A DNA stretch of 62,895 nucleotides, filler included, from Methanobacteriota archaeon (GTDB lineage Archaea; JACRDV01): assembly GCA_024860865.1 (NCBI GenBank). It is 8 parts of 8 records of this genome, joined end to end, with 100 filler letters (N's around TTAATTAATTAA, not from the genome) between each part and the next. Parts side by side here need not be neighbours in the genome. Positions count along the whole stretch, not along the records: positions 1 to 9,731 come from JACRDV010000148.1; 7 more parts are not named here. One strand, 5' to 3'. Below are positions 1 to 9,467 of the stretch, in pieces. The notes below the pieces were generated by a model. The model ran no database searches. It was not told the DNA's origin and saw nothing but the letters and a program-made list of their open reading frames with translations. Position 1 is the first letter of the stretch, and the number at the start of each line of letters is the position of its first letter. Position numbers and translations under genes: made by a program.

Positions 1-852
1 ATTCCAAAAGAATAGTGAAGCCATCAGCAAAAAGAAAAGACCAGGATAGAAAAAAGAAACTGAGCCAATCGCAGAAAGTGCGAGGAGTATCGGCCAAAAT
101 ATGATTGACATAGCGAAGAGGAATGGCTGAAACACCATTTTGAGAGTTATGAACTTATCGCGAAAACTAAGAGATGGATGATGTGAAGACACGCGAACAA
201 AGGCAGATGCATCCCTTAAGCGCTTTTTTAAATAATTCTTTACCCCTATTTCAGGAACATGAAAAGTCACTGCGTTATTTTCAAAAATTACTTTATAACC
301 ACGTCCTGCAATCTTATAACTAACTTCTGCATCTTCACCATGAAACCAAGCTGGATTAAAACCGCCTATGGCTTTTAAAACATCCTTTCGATGAGCACAA
401 GTTGGCCCCATGGCAGAAACAGTATTCTTAGGAACTTTGCTATACCTCTCCTCAAATTCAACTGCACGGCAAACCGATGCTATATCATTCGTAGTTTTGA
501 AAATAGTTCTACCACCAACAGATGCAACTTTTGGATCAGAGAAATGTTTAACCAATTCCTTCAACCAATTCTCGCTTACTATACAATCTCCATCAGTATA
601 TGCAACAATGTCTCCATTTGCAAGTTGAAGTCCTAAATTTCTAGCATGAGAAATACCTTTTGGGTTTGAGTTAATAAGACGAATAGGGTATCTAGAAACG
701 ATTTCAGCAGTTCTGTCGGTTGATCCATCATCAACTATTATGATCTCTTTAGCCGGGTAATCGCAATTTAAAAGGGATTCAATACATTGACCAATTGTAT
801 TTTCCATGTTTCGAACGCCAACGATAATAGAAACCAATGGTATATATTCCAT
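1..852 (-). CDS. GT2-family glycosyltransferase (3' end runs off the window)
   Basis: Missed by the ORF track. Manual translation from ATG 852: MEYIPLVSIIVGVRNMENTIGQCIESLLNCDYPAKEIIIVDDGSTDRT, a classic GT-A/GT2 N-terminus. Confidence 0.9.
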   Translation of the reverse strand, partial: MEYIPLVSIIVGVRNMENTIGQCIESLLNCDYPAKEIIIVDDGSTDRTAEIVSRYPIRLINSNPKGISHARNLGLQLANGDIVAYTDGDCIVSENWLKELVKHFSDPKVASVGGRTIFKTTNDIASVCRAVEFEERYSKVPKNTVSAMGPTCAHRKDVLKAIGGFNPAWFHGEDAEVSYKIAGRGYKVIFENNAVTFHVPEIGVKNYLKKRLRDASAFVRVSSHHPSLSFRDKFITLKMVFQPFLFAMSIIFWPILLALSAIGSVSFFYPGLFFLLMASLFFWN

Positions 853-1151
853 AGGAATCAGCTCTTCTTTAGGCAATTTTCACTATTAGTCATTGTTTCT
901 TATGAATAATTAATTTAAATAAATTAGAAACTATAAAAATTATTATATACAATCTACTATAAATTTTCTCGCCGCAGTTTTCTATGATTCACCAGGTAAC
1001 TAAGCTTGAAGAAAAGACGGTTAAAAAATAGTGAAGGAAAGGGGAAATCAAAAAAACTATTCTTGTTGATTATCGAAGGGATTTTTATAATAATGCTCAG
1101 AAGGCTGAATAATATGAAGAACAAAATTTGTCTATTAGAAATGTGAGAAAT

Positions 1152-2864
1152 ATGCAAAAAGTCACCGTGCTCGGGATCGGAGATGGTCATGATGCTGGAG
1201 TTGCACTAATTCAAAGTGGAAAGGTTTTAGCAGCACTCCAAGAAGAAAGGCCATTAAATATTAAACACTATAACGGAGTTCCAGAAGTATCAATTCAAGA
1301 AGTTTTTAAGATAGCGAACATCCATCCAAGTGAAGTAGATTTAATTGCAATCGCTAGCATTAACCGAGTCTACGCTCCAACTGCAGAGTATCCATTTAAG
1401 GTAAAATTCTTCGAAAAGATCAGCCCCCTATTTCACGGCCACACTTTCTCAAAACTTTATGTGAAAATCCTCCATAAATTTAGGGACATAAAACAGTTAA
1501 AGAAAATATTTGAGCAACTTGGGATACAAGATAAAAAGACTGTTTTTATTGAACACCATCTAGCCCACGCTTCATCTGCATATCGCTCATGCCCTTGGTC
1601 ATATGAAGAGCCAGTGCTCGTTTTCACAGCAGACGGTGCTGGCGATGGAGTGAGTGCTACAGTAAATGTTTGTGAGAAAGGTGAAATAAAAAGAATTGCA
1701 ACCTCAACCTACTACGACTCACTTGGAAATGCATTCTATAGTGAAATAACTAGATACCTTGGATTAAAGCCCTATGATCATGAATTTAAAACCATGGGCC
1801 TTGCACCTTACGGAAAACCAGAATACTGCATAGACAAAATGAAAAAAATCATTAGGATAAACCCGAGCAATCCCTTAGGATTTGAAAATACAGTTGGCGC
1901 TTACCTTCAATCTGTGCAACCGAAGCTTAGAAAAATGCTTGCTGGACATAGATTCGATAACATAGCGGCAGCAGCGCAACAATACCTTGAAGAAATGATT
2001 TTAAAATGGGTCAAAAATGCTATAGAAAAAACAGATATCCACAAAATAGCTTGTGCCGGAGGAATATTTCTTAATGTTAAAGTCAACAAGCTAATCTTAG
2101 AAATGCCAGAGGCTGAAGATGCTTTCTTCTACCCTGCTGCGGGAGATGACGGAACTCCAGTTGGAGCTGCTTTGCAAGCCTATTACGACTATTGTGTTCA
2201 AGAGGGAATTAAACCTGAGAAAGTACCACTAACGGATCTTTACTATGGACCGGAGTATACAAATGAGCAAATTGAGCAAGTGTTGAAACAAACCAATTGG
2301 ATTAAAAAAGCTGAACGCTATAATGATATTGACGCAATTGTTGGAGAAGAAATAGCAAAAGGAAAAATTGTAGCGCGGTTCAATGGAAGGCTTGAATGGG
2401 GTCCCAGAGCACTTGGAAACAGGTCGATCCTCGCAGATGCTAGGGACTTAAAAGTTATAAGAAGAATAAACTTTGCTATAAAGCATCGCGACTTCTGGAT
2501 GCCTTTTGCCCCAACGATACTTGAAGATAGGATGGGCGAGTATCTTGTAAATTCGAGGTCAGCGCCATATATGATCCTCGCATTTGATACTACAGAAAAA
2601 AGAAATGAAATTATTGCAGCCTTGCACCCATTTGATCTAACATGTAGACCGCAGACTTTAAACAAAGACTGGAATCTAACTTATAGAAAAGTTCTTGGAA
2701 CATTCCAAGAAAAAACAGCAATAGGAGGAATACTTAATACGAGTTTTAATTTACATGGTTATCCAATTGTGTGTACACTCGAACAAGCGATTTGGACCTT
2801 TGAGAACTCTGAATTAGATGAACTTGCGCTTGGTAATTATATCATTAAAAGGTCTCAAACTTAG
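1152..2864 (+). CDS. Carbamoyltransferase, NodU/CmcH/TobZ family
   Basis: HDAGVAL, EHHLAHA, DGAGD, GPRALGNRS and LNTSFNLHGYP motifs; ATG 1152 preferred over TTG 1128. Confidence 0.93.
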   Translation: MQKVTVLGIGDGHDAGVALIQSGKVLAALQEERPLNIKHYNGVPEVSIQEVFKIANIHPSEVDLIAIASINRVYAPTAEYPFKVKFFEKISPLFHGHTFSKLYVKILHKFRDIKQLKKIFEQLGIQDKKTVFIEHHLAHASSAYRSCPWSYEEPVLVFTADGAGDGVSATVNVCEKGEIKRIATSTYYDSLGNAFYSEITRYLGLKPYDHEFKTMGLAPYGKPEYCIDKMKKIIRINPSNPLGFENTVGAYLQSVQPKLRKMLAGHRFDNIAAAAQQYLEEMILKWVKNAIEKTDIHKIACAGGIFLNVKVNKLILEMPEAEDAFFYPAAGDDGTPVGAALQAYYDYCVQEGIKPEKVPLTDLYYGPEYTNEQIEQVLKQTNWIKKAERYNDIDAIVGEEIAKGKIVARFNGRLEWGPRALGNRSILADARDLKVIRRINFAIKHRDFWMPFAPTILEDRMGEYLVNSRSAPYMILAFDTTEKRNEIIAALHPFDLTCRPQTLNKDWNLTYRKVLGTFQEKTAIGGILNTSFNLHGYPIVCTLEQAIWTFENSELDELALGNYIIKRSQT

Positions 2865-2988
2865 AGAATTTACAAGTTTTGAGAGGGACCGAGAAGAAAT
2901 TAGAGAACGTAAGAAAATGTGATTTTAGAAAAAATATTAAACGACAATAATGTGATGCTTAGAAAACGCCTGGAAACCCACGATTTAT

Positions 2989-3012
2989 GTTCGACTCCCC
3001 CCGCTACCACCA
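2989..3012 (+). other. Isolated tRNA-3'-end-like fragment (possible att site)
   Basis: GTTCGACT-CCCCC-CGCTACC-ACCA has T-loop, 5-nt, 7-nt, NCCA spacing; no 5' tRNA half upstream. Confidence 0.4.
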
Positions 3013-3033
3013 TTATGTTGGAATTGCTTTAGC

Positions 3034-3078
3034 TATAAATTCGTTTGGAAAAACAAACGTACGTTTGGAAAAACAAAC
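3034..3078 (+). promoter_or_regulatory. TATA-like box followed by tandem palindromic operator
   Basis: TATAAAT at 3034-3040, then CGTTTGGAAAAACAAAC twice (3042-3058, 3062-3078); each unit is GTTTG-N6-CAAAC. Confidence 0.65.
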
Positions 3079-3109
3079 AAATATGAGACAGTATGACAAA
3101 GTAAGAACT

Positions 3110-3754
3110 ATGTCTGAAGCGCTTACACCCAAAGTCATCTCAATTCTAAGGACTATGTACTCAGATATTGAGAAATGGTATTATACAAGGGAATTGGCCA
3201 AACTTGCTAAAGTCAGCACGTGGGTAGTATCCAAAGAGTTCAGCAAGCTTGTGAAGGACGGAATGGTTCAACAAAAGTCAGAGGGTAGAGAGAAATTTTT
3301 CAAGCTGAATTTGACAAATTCACGAACAAGAAAACTATGCGAGCTGTTTGAGACCGAAAGGAGAGAAAAATTCTACAAAGAAAACAGAAGACTTGCTTGG
3401 GTCCTAGAAGATTTTACAAAAAGGGTTTCTGACTTTGTTTCACAGGTTCATTCAATAGTATTGTTTGGGAGCGCGGCCAGAGGTCAGGGTGCTCCAAGAA
3501 GCGACATAGATGTTCTCGTTGTTGCACCAAATTCTGAGGAGGAACAGTTCAAGAAGTTGATGGATTCTGTTGATAAGTTAGCTGATGAGGTTAGTGGAAG
3601 ATATCCAGCAAAACTTGTGCCGGTTGTTATGATGACAAAGGATTTTGAGAAAAGCATTAAAGACAAAAAAAGGTTTGCTACTGATGTATTAAAAGATGGT
3701 ATTGTGCTCTTTGGGGAAGAAAGGTACTATCATTTGTTGTCGAGAGTGATTTAA
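3110..3754 (+). CDS. wHTH + minimal nucleotidyltransferase (MNT/MntA-like antitoxin)
   Basis: N-terminal wHTH (YTRELAKLAKVS); LFGSAARG...SDIDVLVV Pol-beta NTase motif. Confidence 0.85.
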   Translation: MSEALTPKVISILRTMYSDIEKWYYTRELAKLAKVSTWVVSKEFSKLVKDGMVQQKSEGREKFFKLNLTNSRTRKLCELFETERREKFYKENRRLAWVLEDFTKRVSDFVSQVHSIVLFGSAARGQGAPRSDIDVLVVAPNSEEEQFKKLMDSVDKLADEVSGRYPAKLVPVVMMTKDFEKSIKDKKRFATDVLKDGIVLFGEERYYHLLSRVI

Positions 3755-3819
3755 TGCCAAGAAAAGTGCTGACATGGAGCGATTGGTTGAATGATGCGCC
3801 CAAAGTATTCGCGATTTAA
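3754..3819 (+). pseudogene. 21-aa stub of the expected HEPN toxin partner
   Basis: TAATG coupling to the MNT stop; MPRKVLTWSDWLNDAPKVFAI*; identity inferred from the usual MNT-HEPN pairing. Confidence 0.45.
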
Positions 3820-3875
3820 TCGCACACCAAAATACATAATAAACTAAGGTTCCACAAATACTTTTTCATAGGAAG

Positions 3876-4010
3876 TATTCTCCAAATTTAAATGGAGCAG
3901 AGATAATAATAAGGGAAGTCAAAAAGGACGTTTGCTCAAATTACTGCTATAGCGATACAAAAGAGCTTAAAACAAACATAAAGAAATATTTTAAAATTAT
4001 ATGCCATTAA
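3876..4010 (+). mobile_element. IS630-family transposase C-terminal remnant
   Basis: YSPNLNGAEIIIREVKKDVCSNYCYSDTKELKTNIKKYF resembles the YSPELNPIE DDE_3 motif and following helix. Confidence 0.55.
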
Positions 4011-4292
4011 TTAAGTAATTCCACTTAAAATCAAGAGTAGGAAGAGGGACTTAGTCCTTGTCCCCTAGCCTAGCAACTGTAATCACTAAACTCAATCGCT
4101 TTCTTTATCGAATATTTGGCGAATCTATCGGGCACATTGAATATAACAACGTCGGAATTGTTTGTTTTAGAAATCTCCCTCCTTAAGTTTTCTTAGACTT
4201 TGAATTGCGTTAGCTCCACCCAATATGTATAAGAACCGTTTAGCGTTACATTTATATTGTATTGTATCACAATTTTTGTAACGGTGATTCTA

Positions 4293-4598
4293 ATGGGAAC
4301 TATAACTGCAAGAATTTCGCAAGAACTATTTAAAGATATCAAAAAAATTGAAAAGGAAGAGGCTGCAGACCGGGCTGAGGTAATTCGCAGATTACTTGCT
4401 GATGCAGTTAAACGATGGAAGCTAAAAAAAGCACTGGAGATGATACGAGAAGGAAGGGTTACTTTTCGTACAGCAGCGAAAACAGCAGGCTTAACATACA
4501 TTGAGATGCTAGATGAGGCTGAGAAGGCGAGCATTTCAATTGGTTATGCTCTTTCAGATTTGCAACAAGATTTAAAAATTATTAAACAGGAAAAATAA
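4293..4598 (+). CDS. RHH/UPF0175-family antitoxin
   Basis: MGTITARIS...DRAEVIRRLL RHH-like start; EGRVTFRTAAKTAGLT UPF0175-like helix; coupled to PIN gene. Confidence 0.8.
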   Translation: MGTITARISQELFKDIKKIEKEEAADRAEVIRRLLADAVKRWKLKKALEMIREGRVTFRTAAKTAGLTYIEMLDEAEKASISIGYALSDLQQDLKIIKQEK

Positions 4599-5104
4599 TG
4601 GTTGTTTGTGATTCAGGTCCATTAATCTACTTGTCAAGAATAAGTAGGTTAAGTCTTCTAAAAGAACTATTTGATTCTATTGAAATTCCCGCCTCAATTT
4701 ACCGCGAAGTAGTAGAAGAAGCTAAAGCTCTCCACAAATTTGGTGTAACTCCAATTGAAGAAGCAATTAGAGAAGGTTGGATTAAAATCATTACAATAGA
4801 TGAACTAGAAGTTGTAAACAAGTTGGCAACAAATGAGAGTATACAAGAAGAAGATGCAGAAATTCTATATTTAGCAAGAAAACTTTCAACAAAACTAATA
4901 TCGAACGATAAATGGCTTATAGAGCTTGCCAGATCTTTCGGATTAGTCTCTATTTGGACGACAACTCTAATACTTTTGGCAGTAAGGAAAGGTAAGCTGA
5001 GCAAAGATGAGGGGAAAGACCTCCTGAGAAAACTCGTTTTATCTGGACTTCATTTAAAGTCCAATGTTTATGGGGAGCTTCTAAGCACGCTTGAAGAGAT
5101 GTAA
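4598..5104 (+). CDS. PIN-domain toxin, DUF3368 family
   Basis: MVVCDSGPLIYL PIN motif, YREVV, EDAE, ISND; overlaps the antitoxin stop. Confidence 0.85.
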   Translation: MVVCDSGPLIYLSRISRLSLLKELFDSIEIPASIYREVVEEAKALHKFGVTPIEEAIREGWIKIITIDELEVVNKLATNESIQEEDAEILYLARKLSTKLISNDKWLIELARSFGLVSIWTTTLILLAVRKGKLSKDEGKDLLRKLVLSGLHLKSNVYGELLSTLEEM

Positions 5105-5246
5105 CTTTGAAAATGACATAGTAATTGTATTTCCCATAATTCATTATGATTGCATGTAATTGCAATTTCACCATTCTATATTTGGTATCTGTTCATTATC
5201 TAGTAAGCTTGTTTACTTTTTTCTTTGATTACCTAATAGACTTTAT

Positions 5247-5498
5247 TCATTTTCTAATAAGTTGTAATTGTTCAATATGTGGCACAACAATATTCCATGA
5301 AAATTTTGTAACAATCCATTCTCTGGCTTTTGTACCTATTTTAGATGCTAAACTCTTATTATTAAGAATTCTTATTAGAGCGTCTGCAAAGCCACGAACA
5401 TCGCCTGGATGAGCTAATAGACCAGTTTTTCCATCCATTACAATATAAGGAATGCCTCCAACTTTAGGAGCAATCGCAGGCTTACCGCAAGCAATGCT
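5247..5498 (-). pseudogene. GT4 glycosyltransferase C-terminal fragment
   Basis: SIACGKPAIAPKVGGIPYIVMDGKTGLL...FSWNIVV; no N-terminal domain or start. Confidence 0.8.
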
Positions 5499-6171
5499 GA
5501 TAGTATAGAGGAGCTTTTAGAGATAGCGAAAAATAGAAAAATAAAAATATTATGTATAGGCCGAGGTAGAAAGTTTTCTCATTATCTCTATGAGGTAGAG
5601 AAAATTGATAGTAGTAATTTCATTCTTAGCAATAATTTTGTGGCATAGATGTACATAAAAATTTTTTTGTAGCAACTTTCTCAGCAGTGAAAAAGAGACA
5701 AGAACTTTTGAGAACACTATAGAAGGATCTCAGCTTTTAAAGAGAGAATTCCACCGGTCTATTTGCTCTAACCAACGGAGTTTTCACAGAATGGTTGAAA
5801 CAAATGCAAAAAAGTTCTTATGTTCACTAGCTTCTTCAATGGCTAGTATTAAATTTAATAACAGCACATTCCCAAAAAGCCTAGATCTCGAAATGTTTAT
5901 AAAGTATAAATAGACTGGTGCAAATCTTTTTCTTAAGTTAGATTTTCAATTGTTTCGATTTTTGAAAAATTAACTATTGCCTGTTAGATGGGACATATAA
6001 CTGACTTCTAACTTTATAAAACTATACTGCTTTTTCTTCAAAGAGCTTGCGAATATCGCAGGTTGCCGGGGGTTGGAGGGTGTATAGGGGAATCTAGAAA
6101 ATAGTGCTTTCCAGTTGCAGCTTTCACATTGCCCGAAATTCTTATAAACGTTAGCAACGATAAAAATTACT

Positions 6172-6360
6172 ATGATAAACCTAAACGTAATGAGAAAGCG
6201 TCTTGAAATTCTGATTGGGCAGAGGCTTATGGATACAACTTCTGCAAGAATGGCAGTTGAAGTGCAGGATAAGCTAAGGCAGAAGTCAAAAACTCTGCGG
6301 AAGGGCAAAAGCAGCGTGGAGATTTTAAGGGAGTGGAGAGAGGGCAGATGGTCGTCCTAG
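6172..6360 (+). CDS. Probable VapB-type antitoxin (possibly 5'-eroded)
   Basis: C-terminal SSVEILREWRE typical of archaeal VapB; overlaps the vapC start. Confidence 0.55.
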   Translation: MINLNVMRKRLEILIGQRLMDTTSARMAVEVQDKLRQKSKTLRKGKSSVEILREWREGRWSS

Positions 6361-6534
6361 ATACATCTGTCGTTGCTAAATGGTTTCTTGATCTTGAATG
6401 GAAATGCTCAAATTGTTCTATGCGATTTAACTCTTTATGAGCTTGGAAACTTACTGAAATTCAAGGGGTTTTCTCCAAGCGAAACCGAATTATTAAAACT
6501 CTATAGCTTACATTCTGGACCTTGTCGTAGATGA
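6348..6534 (+). pseudogene. VapC PIN toxin pseudogene
   Basis: MVVLDTSVVAKWF then stop at 6438-6440; DLTLYELGNLLKFK continues in another frame. Confidence 0.75.
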
Positions 6535-6641
6535 TGAACTTGGCCTTTGTCAATTTGTTCACAATTTTTAAAATATATGTTAAATATTTAAACTTTTTTC
6601 ATAAAAACCTTATAAATTAATAAATTAAAATTATTTAAAAC

Positions 6642-6854
6642 TTAAGCTGATTTGGTTTCAAACTTGCCTGAGATAAGTCTTATCAGGATATAATAGCTGG
6701 TGATAATAAGCGCAGCTATTATTGTGAGATTTTGTATCCAATATCCATACACTGCAAAAAGTCTTTGCAAGAAAGTTAATGTTAAACTTGCAGCAAAAAT
6801 ACCGACAGATATGCCAACTAGTAAATATTCAAGGTTAGATTCTTGTTTTGCCAT
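6642..6854 (-). CDS. Small two-TM membrane protein
   Basis: 70 aa with two hydrophobic segments; degenerate paralog at 7590-7672. Confidence 0.6.
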   Translation of the reverse strand: MAKQESNLEYLLVGISVGIFAASLTLTFLQRLFAVYGYWIQNLTIIAALIITSYYILIRLISGKFETKSA

Positions 6855-6963
6855 TTTAATTCCGTATCTATATAATCTATATAAGCAGGCAAGTAATGCT
6901 TAAATGATTTTGCTCTGTTGCTTTTTCTACCTTTGTTACAGTAAGTCTACCAAGTGAGAAATG

Positions 6964-7275
6964 CTAAATTACTACTTCAATATGCTTTGCATCTTTTGAC
7001 TTTATCTCTACTTCTTTTCCCTTTTCAAGCCCTAGTGCATGTGCCAGTTCCTTTGGAATTCTGACGATAGTAGATTCGCCGAGTGTGCCGACCTTGACTT
7101 TCATGCCTCTCTTGTACTTATTGAGAATTAGTGCCTTTTCTGCATCTTCTGGGTGGAGGTATTCCTCTCCACATTTTTTGCACTTCCATGCCCGCATTCT
7201 GAACCCATCGATGACTAAGGTTGTTTCTCCAGCCCAGCCGCCGCATTTAACGCATTTCATTTTTTCTTTTTTCAT
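6964..7275 (-). CDS. Zn-ribbon + AbrB/MazE-domain antitoxin
   Basis: CVKCGG...CKKCGEEY and KVGTLGESTIVRIPKELAHALGL. Confidence 0.8.
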   Translation of the reverse strand: MKKEKMKCVKCGGWAGETTLVIDGFRMRAWKCKKCGEEYLHPEDAEKALILNKYKRGMKVKVGTLGESTIVRIPKELAHALGLEKGKEVEIKSKDAKHIEVVI

Positions 7276-7550
7276 TTTTTACCTTGAATTTTCCTACATG
7301 GATTACTGCGTAGACTTCCTGCTTGGACCAAAACTCGTAAGATTTAGCGATTACAACCTTTATTGTCTTATTCTTAATATCGACATTTTTCTATAGTACC
7401 TTCTTTTCTGCCGGCAGAGGAGCAATCGTAGCCATCTTCAAGAATTTGCAAAATATCATATAAATCCATGCCGAGGTCTTTTAATTCATAGTAAGCGCTT
7501 TTCGTTGGTCTAAGAGGAAGACCTTTATAGGCTATATCCAAATATTTCAT
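7247..7550 (-). pseudogene. Frameshifted RelE/DUF4258-like toxin
   Basis: MKYLDIAYKGLPLRPTKSAYYEL...GTIEKC, frameshift near 7383, then VDIKNKTIKVVIAKSYEFWSKQEVYAVIHVGKF; overlaps the antitoxin start. Confidence 0.65.
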
Positions 7551-7589
7551 ATGAATATCTCATATAAATATCTTTTTTAAAAATTCACA

Positions 7590-7672
7590 AAGTAAAATTA
7601 TTCAATCATCTCAAGCTGATAAGTAGCGCCAACCAGTAAATACTCAGGGTTAGATTCTTGTTTGGCTATTTA
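7590..7672 (-). repeat. Internally deleted copy of the 6642-6854 gene
   Basis: 7628-7670 matches 6813-6855 at 38/43 nt; start ATG changed to ATA. Confidence 0.7.
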
Positions 7673-9196
7673 ACTCCCGACATATTTGTAAATGTAAACA
7701 TAGTTTTGGTTTTGTGCCCAATTATAGATTCGAACGAATCGCACATCTTTAGCAAAATCATCTTTTGTAAAATTATAATAAAACATCGGAGTTAGGTCGC
7801 TTATTAGGAAACATGGTATGTAACTTTTATTTAGCGCATATTTTGCGATAAAACTTGGATCGGATACATTTTCAAAAAGATATAAATCAAAAGTCGTCCG
7901 CTCAGTTAAAACTATTGCCCAAGAGACCAATCTTTCTTCAGTTGCTATGGAATAACTTCTTGGGGTATTTTTAGCAAACCATGCAATTGCATCATATTCA
8001 TAGTCTTTAATTGATGCTTTAGGAGCTAGAAAAGGTGGGAAACCATAGCCTACCGCCATTAGTGCCGAGGGTACTATTAGCAATGTTGCCACAAAGGATA
8101 TAGAAATGCCCTTAACTATAGCCCTAATTGGGAATTGATGGAGAATTTTTTCCGCTCTATTTAACAAATTAATGAAAACATCAGCCCCAATTATTGAAAG
8201 TGGATAAGGTATAATTACTATAAATCTAATAATCTGGAAATACATTCGGACTTCAACTAAAGGTTCCCAAATTTGAAAATACAAATAAATGAGGACAAGG
8301 ATCCAGAAAAGCCATGTTGCTGGAAGGAGTTCTTTTCCAGGAATTTTTTTTGCCAATATTAAAAATACAACTAAAAATAAAATTCCCACTGTAAGTGCCA
8401 GCACGCGAAATTTTAAAAATGATAGCAGTAAAGGCAAACTGATATAGATCCCTTGTGGTCCTGCCCAATAAGTTCTAACCAGGTACACATTGATAAAGTA
8501 CCAGCTCATCAGTCCTATGGATAATAGAAAAGATATTATCACTGATTTGTTTCTAGGAGTAAGACCAGACTTTACTATTTCAGCTATTATATAGGTTCCA
8601 ACTACAGTGACCAAAAAATAGAGAGAGAACTCGTGGGCCATTATAGCTCCGCAAAATAGCAATATCAAAAACAAAATTCGTTTGATATCAATTCTATCGC
8701 TTGGTAGCTTGCACACGTAGTAAAAACATGCTAGAAGCAAAAACATTCCAAAATTGTATGCATGGAGGCTCCAAGAGACGGGAATTCCAAGGTTAAAATA
8801 GTTGGCGGCCCAGAAGAATGATGCTAGGAGCCCAGTTTTTCTATTATTATAAAGAGCCGATGCAAGCAAATACACCAATATTGCTGTAGCGCAATATAGA
8901 ATAGTCGGGATGATTTTCATAAGGGCAGTCAATGGTATATGGGTTAGAATGAAAATTGCAGCTAGTACTTGAAAAAATAATGGGGAAACTTGTAGAGAAA
9001 AGGGTTGCGCGTTATGAAAAGTATCTATAGGTCGGATTGCAAGATTTTGATTTACATAAAGCTTAGTATATTCGATGTAAGTTGCTGCGCCTCCACCAAC
9101 TGGGAAGTGGCTTAAGAGCTCAGGTAGGCCTCGAAGCAAAATTGCTATCGCGCAAATTAAAATGAACAAAATTTTTTCAGTTTTATCCAAGTTCAA
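7670..9196 (-). CDS. Polytopic membrane protein, GT-C glycosyltransferase-like
   Basis: About 11-12 TM segments, periplasmic loop after TM1, C-terminal DAIAWFAKNTP soluble domain; glycan-locus context. Confidence 0.65.
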   Translation of the reverse strand: MNLDKTEKILFILICAIAILLRGLPELLSHFPVGGGAATYIEYTKLYVNQNLAIRPIDTFHNAQPFSLQVSPLFFQVLAAIFILTHIPLTALMKIIPTILYCATAILVYLLASALYNNRKTGLLASFFWAANYFNLGIPVSWSLHAYNFGMFLLLACFYYVCKLPSDRIDIKRILFLILLFCGAIMAHEFSLYFLVTVVGTYIIAEIVKSGLTPRNKSVIISFLLSIGLMSWYFINVYLVRTYWAGPQGIYISLPLLLSFLKFRVLALTVGILFLVVFLILAKKIPGKELLPATWLFWILVLIYLYFQIWEPLVEVRMYFQIIRFIVIIPYPLSIIGADVFINLLNRAEKILHQFPIRAIVKGISISFVATLLIVPSALMAVGYGFPPFLAPKASIKDYEYDAIAWFAKNTPRSYSIATEERLVSWAIVLTERTTFDLYLFENVSDPSFIAKYALNKSYIPCFLISDLTPMFYYNFTKDDFAKDVRFVRIYNWAQNQNYVYIYKYVGS

Positions 9197-9299
9197 TTCC
9201 TCTTTGAAAAACCTCTGAAGAGAATAAAATAGGAAATAGAGAATTTTTCAAATAAATTTGTGAAATTATACTTTCTTACATAAAAATTCTCGCTTGGCA

Positions 9300-9359
9300 C
9301 AATCTCAAATCTTCCTCTAATTGTTTTGGAATTGTCACTTGCCCTTTACTAGTAACTAT
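9300..9359 (-). pseudogene. AbrB/SpoVT antitoxin fragment
   Basis: IVTSKGQVTIPKQLEEDLRL AbrB signature with no valid start. Confidence 0.6.
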
Positions 9360-9467
9360 CAGTTGTCTCTATTCCTCCTGGGAATGTTAGGTTAAGCTCT
9401 TTGGCTATGCCAGTTTAAAAAGACTCAGCAACTTATAAGTTGTTTAATTATAATTTTTTTGAGTAAT

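Noticed and set aside
391-1190. Short ORFs 391-636, 410-628 and 957-1190
   Set aside because: The first two are antisense shadows of the GT2 gene. The third overlaps the carbamoyltransferase start and has no recognisable features.
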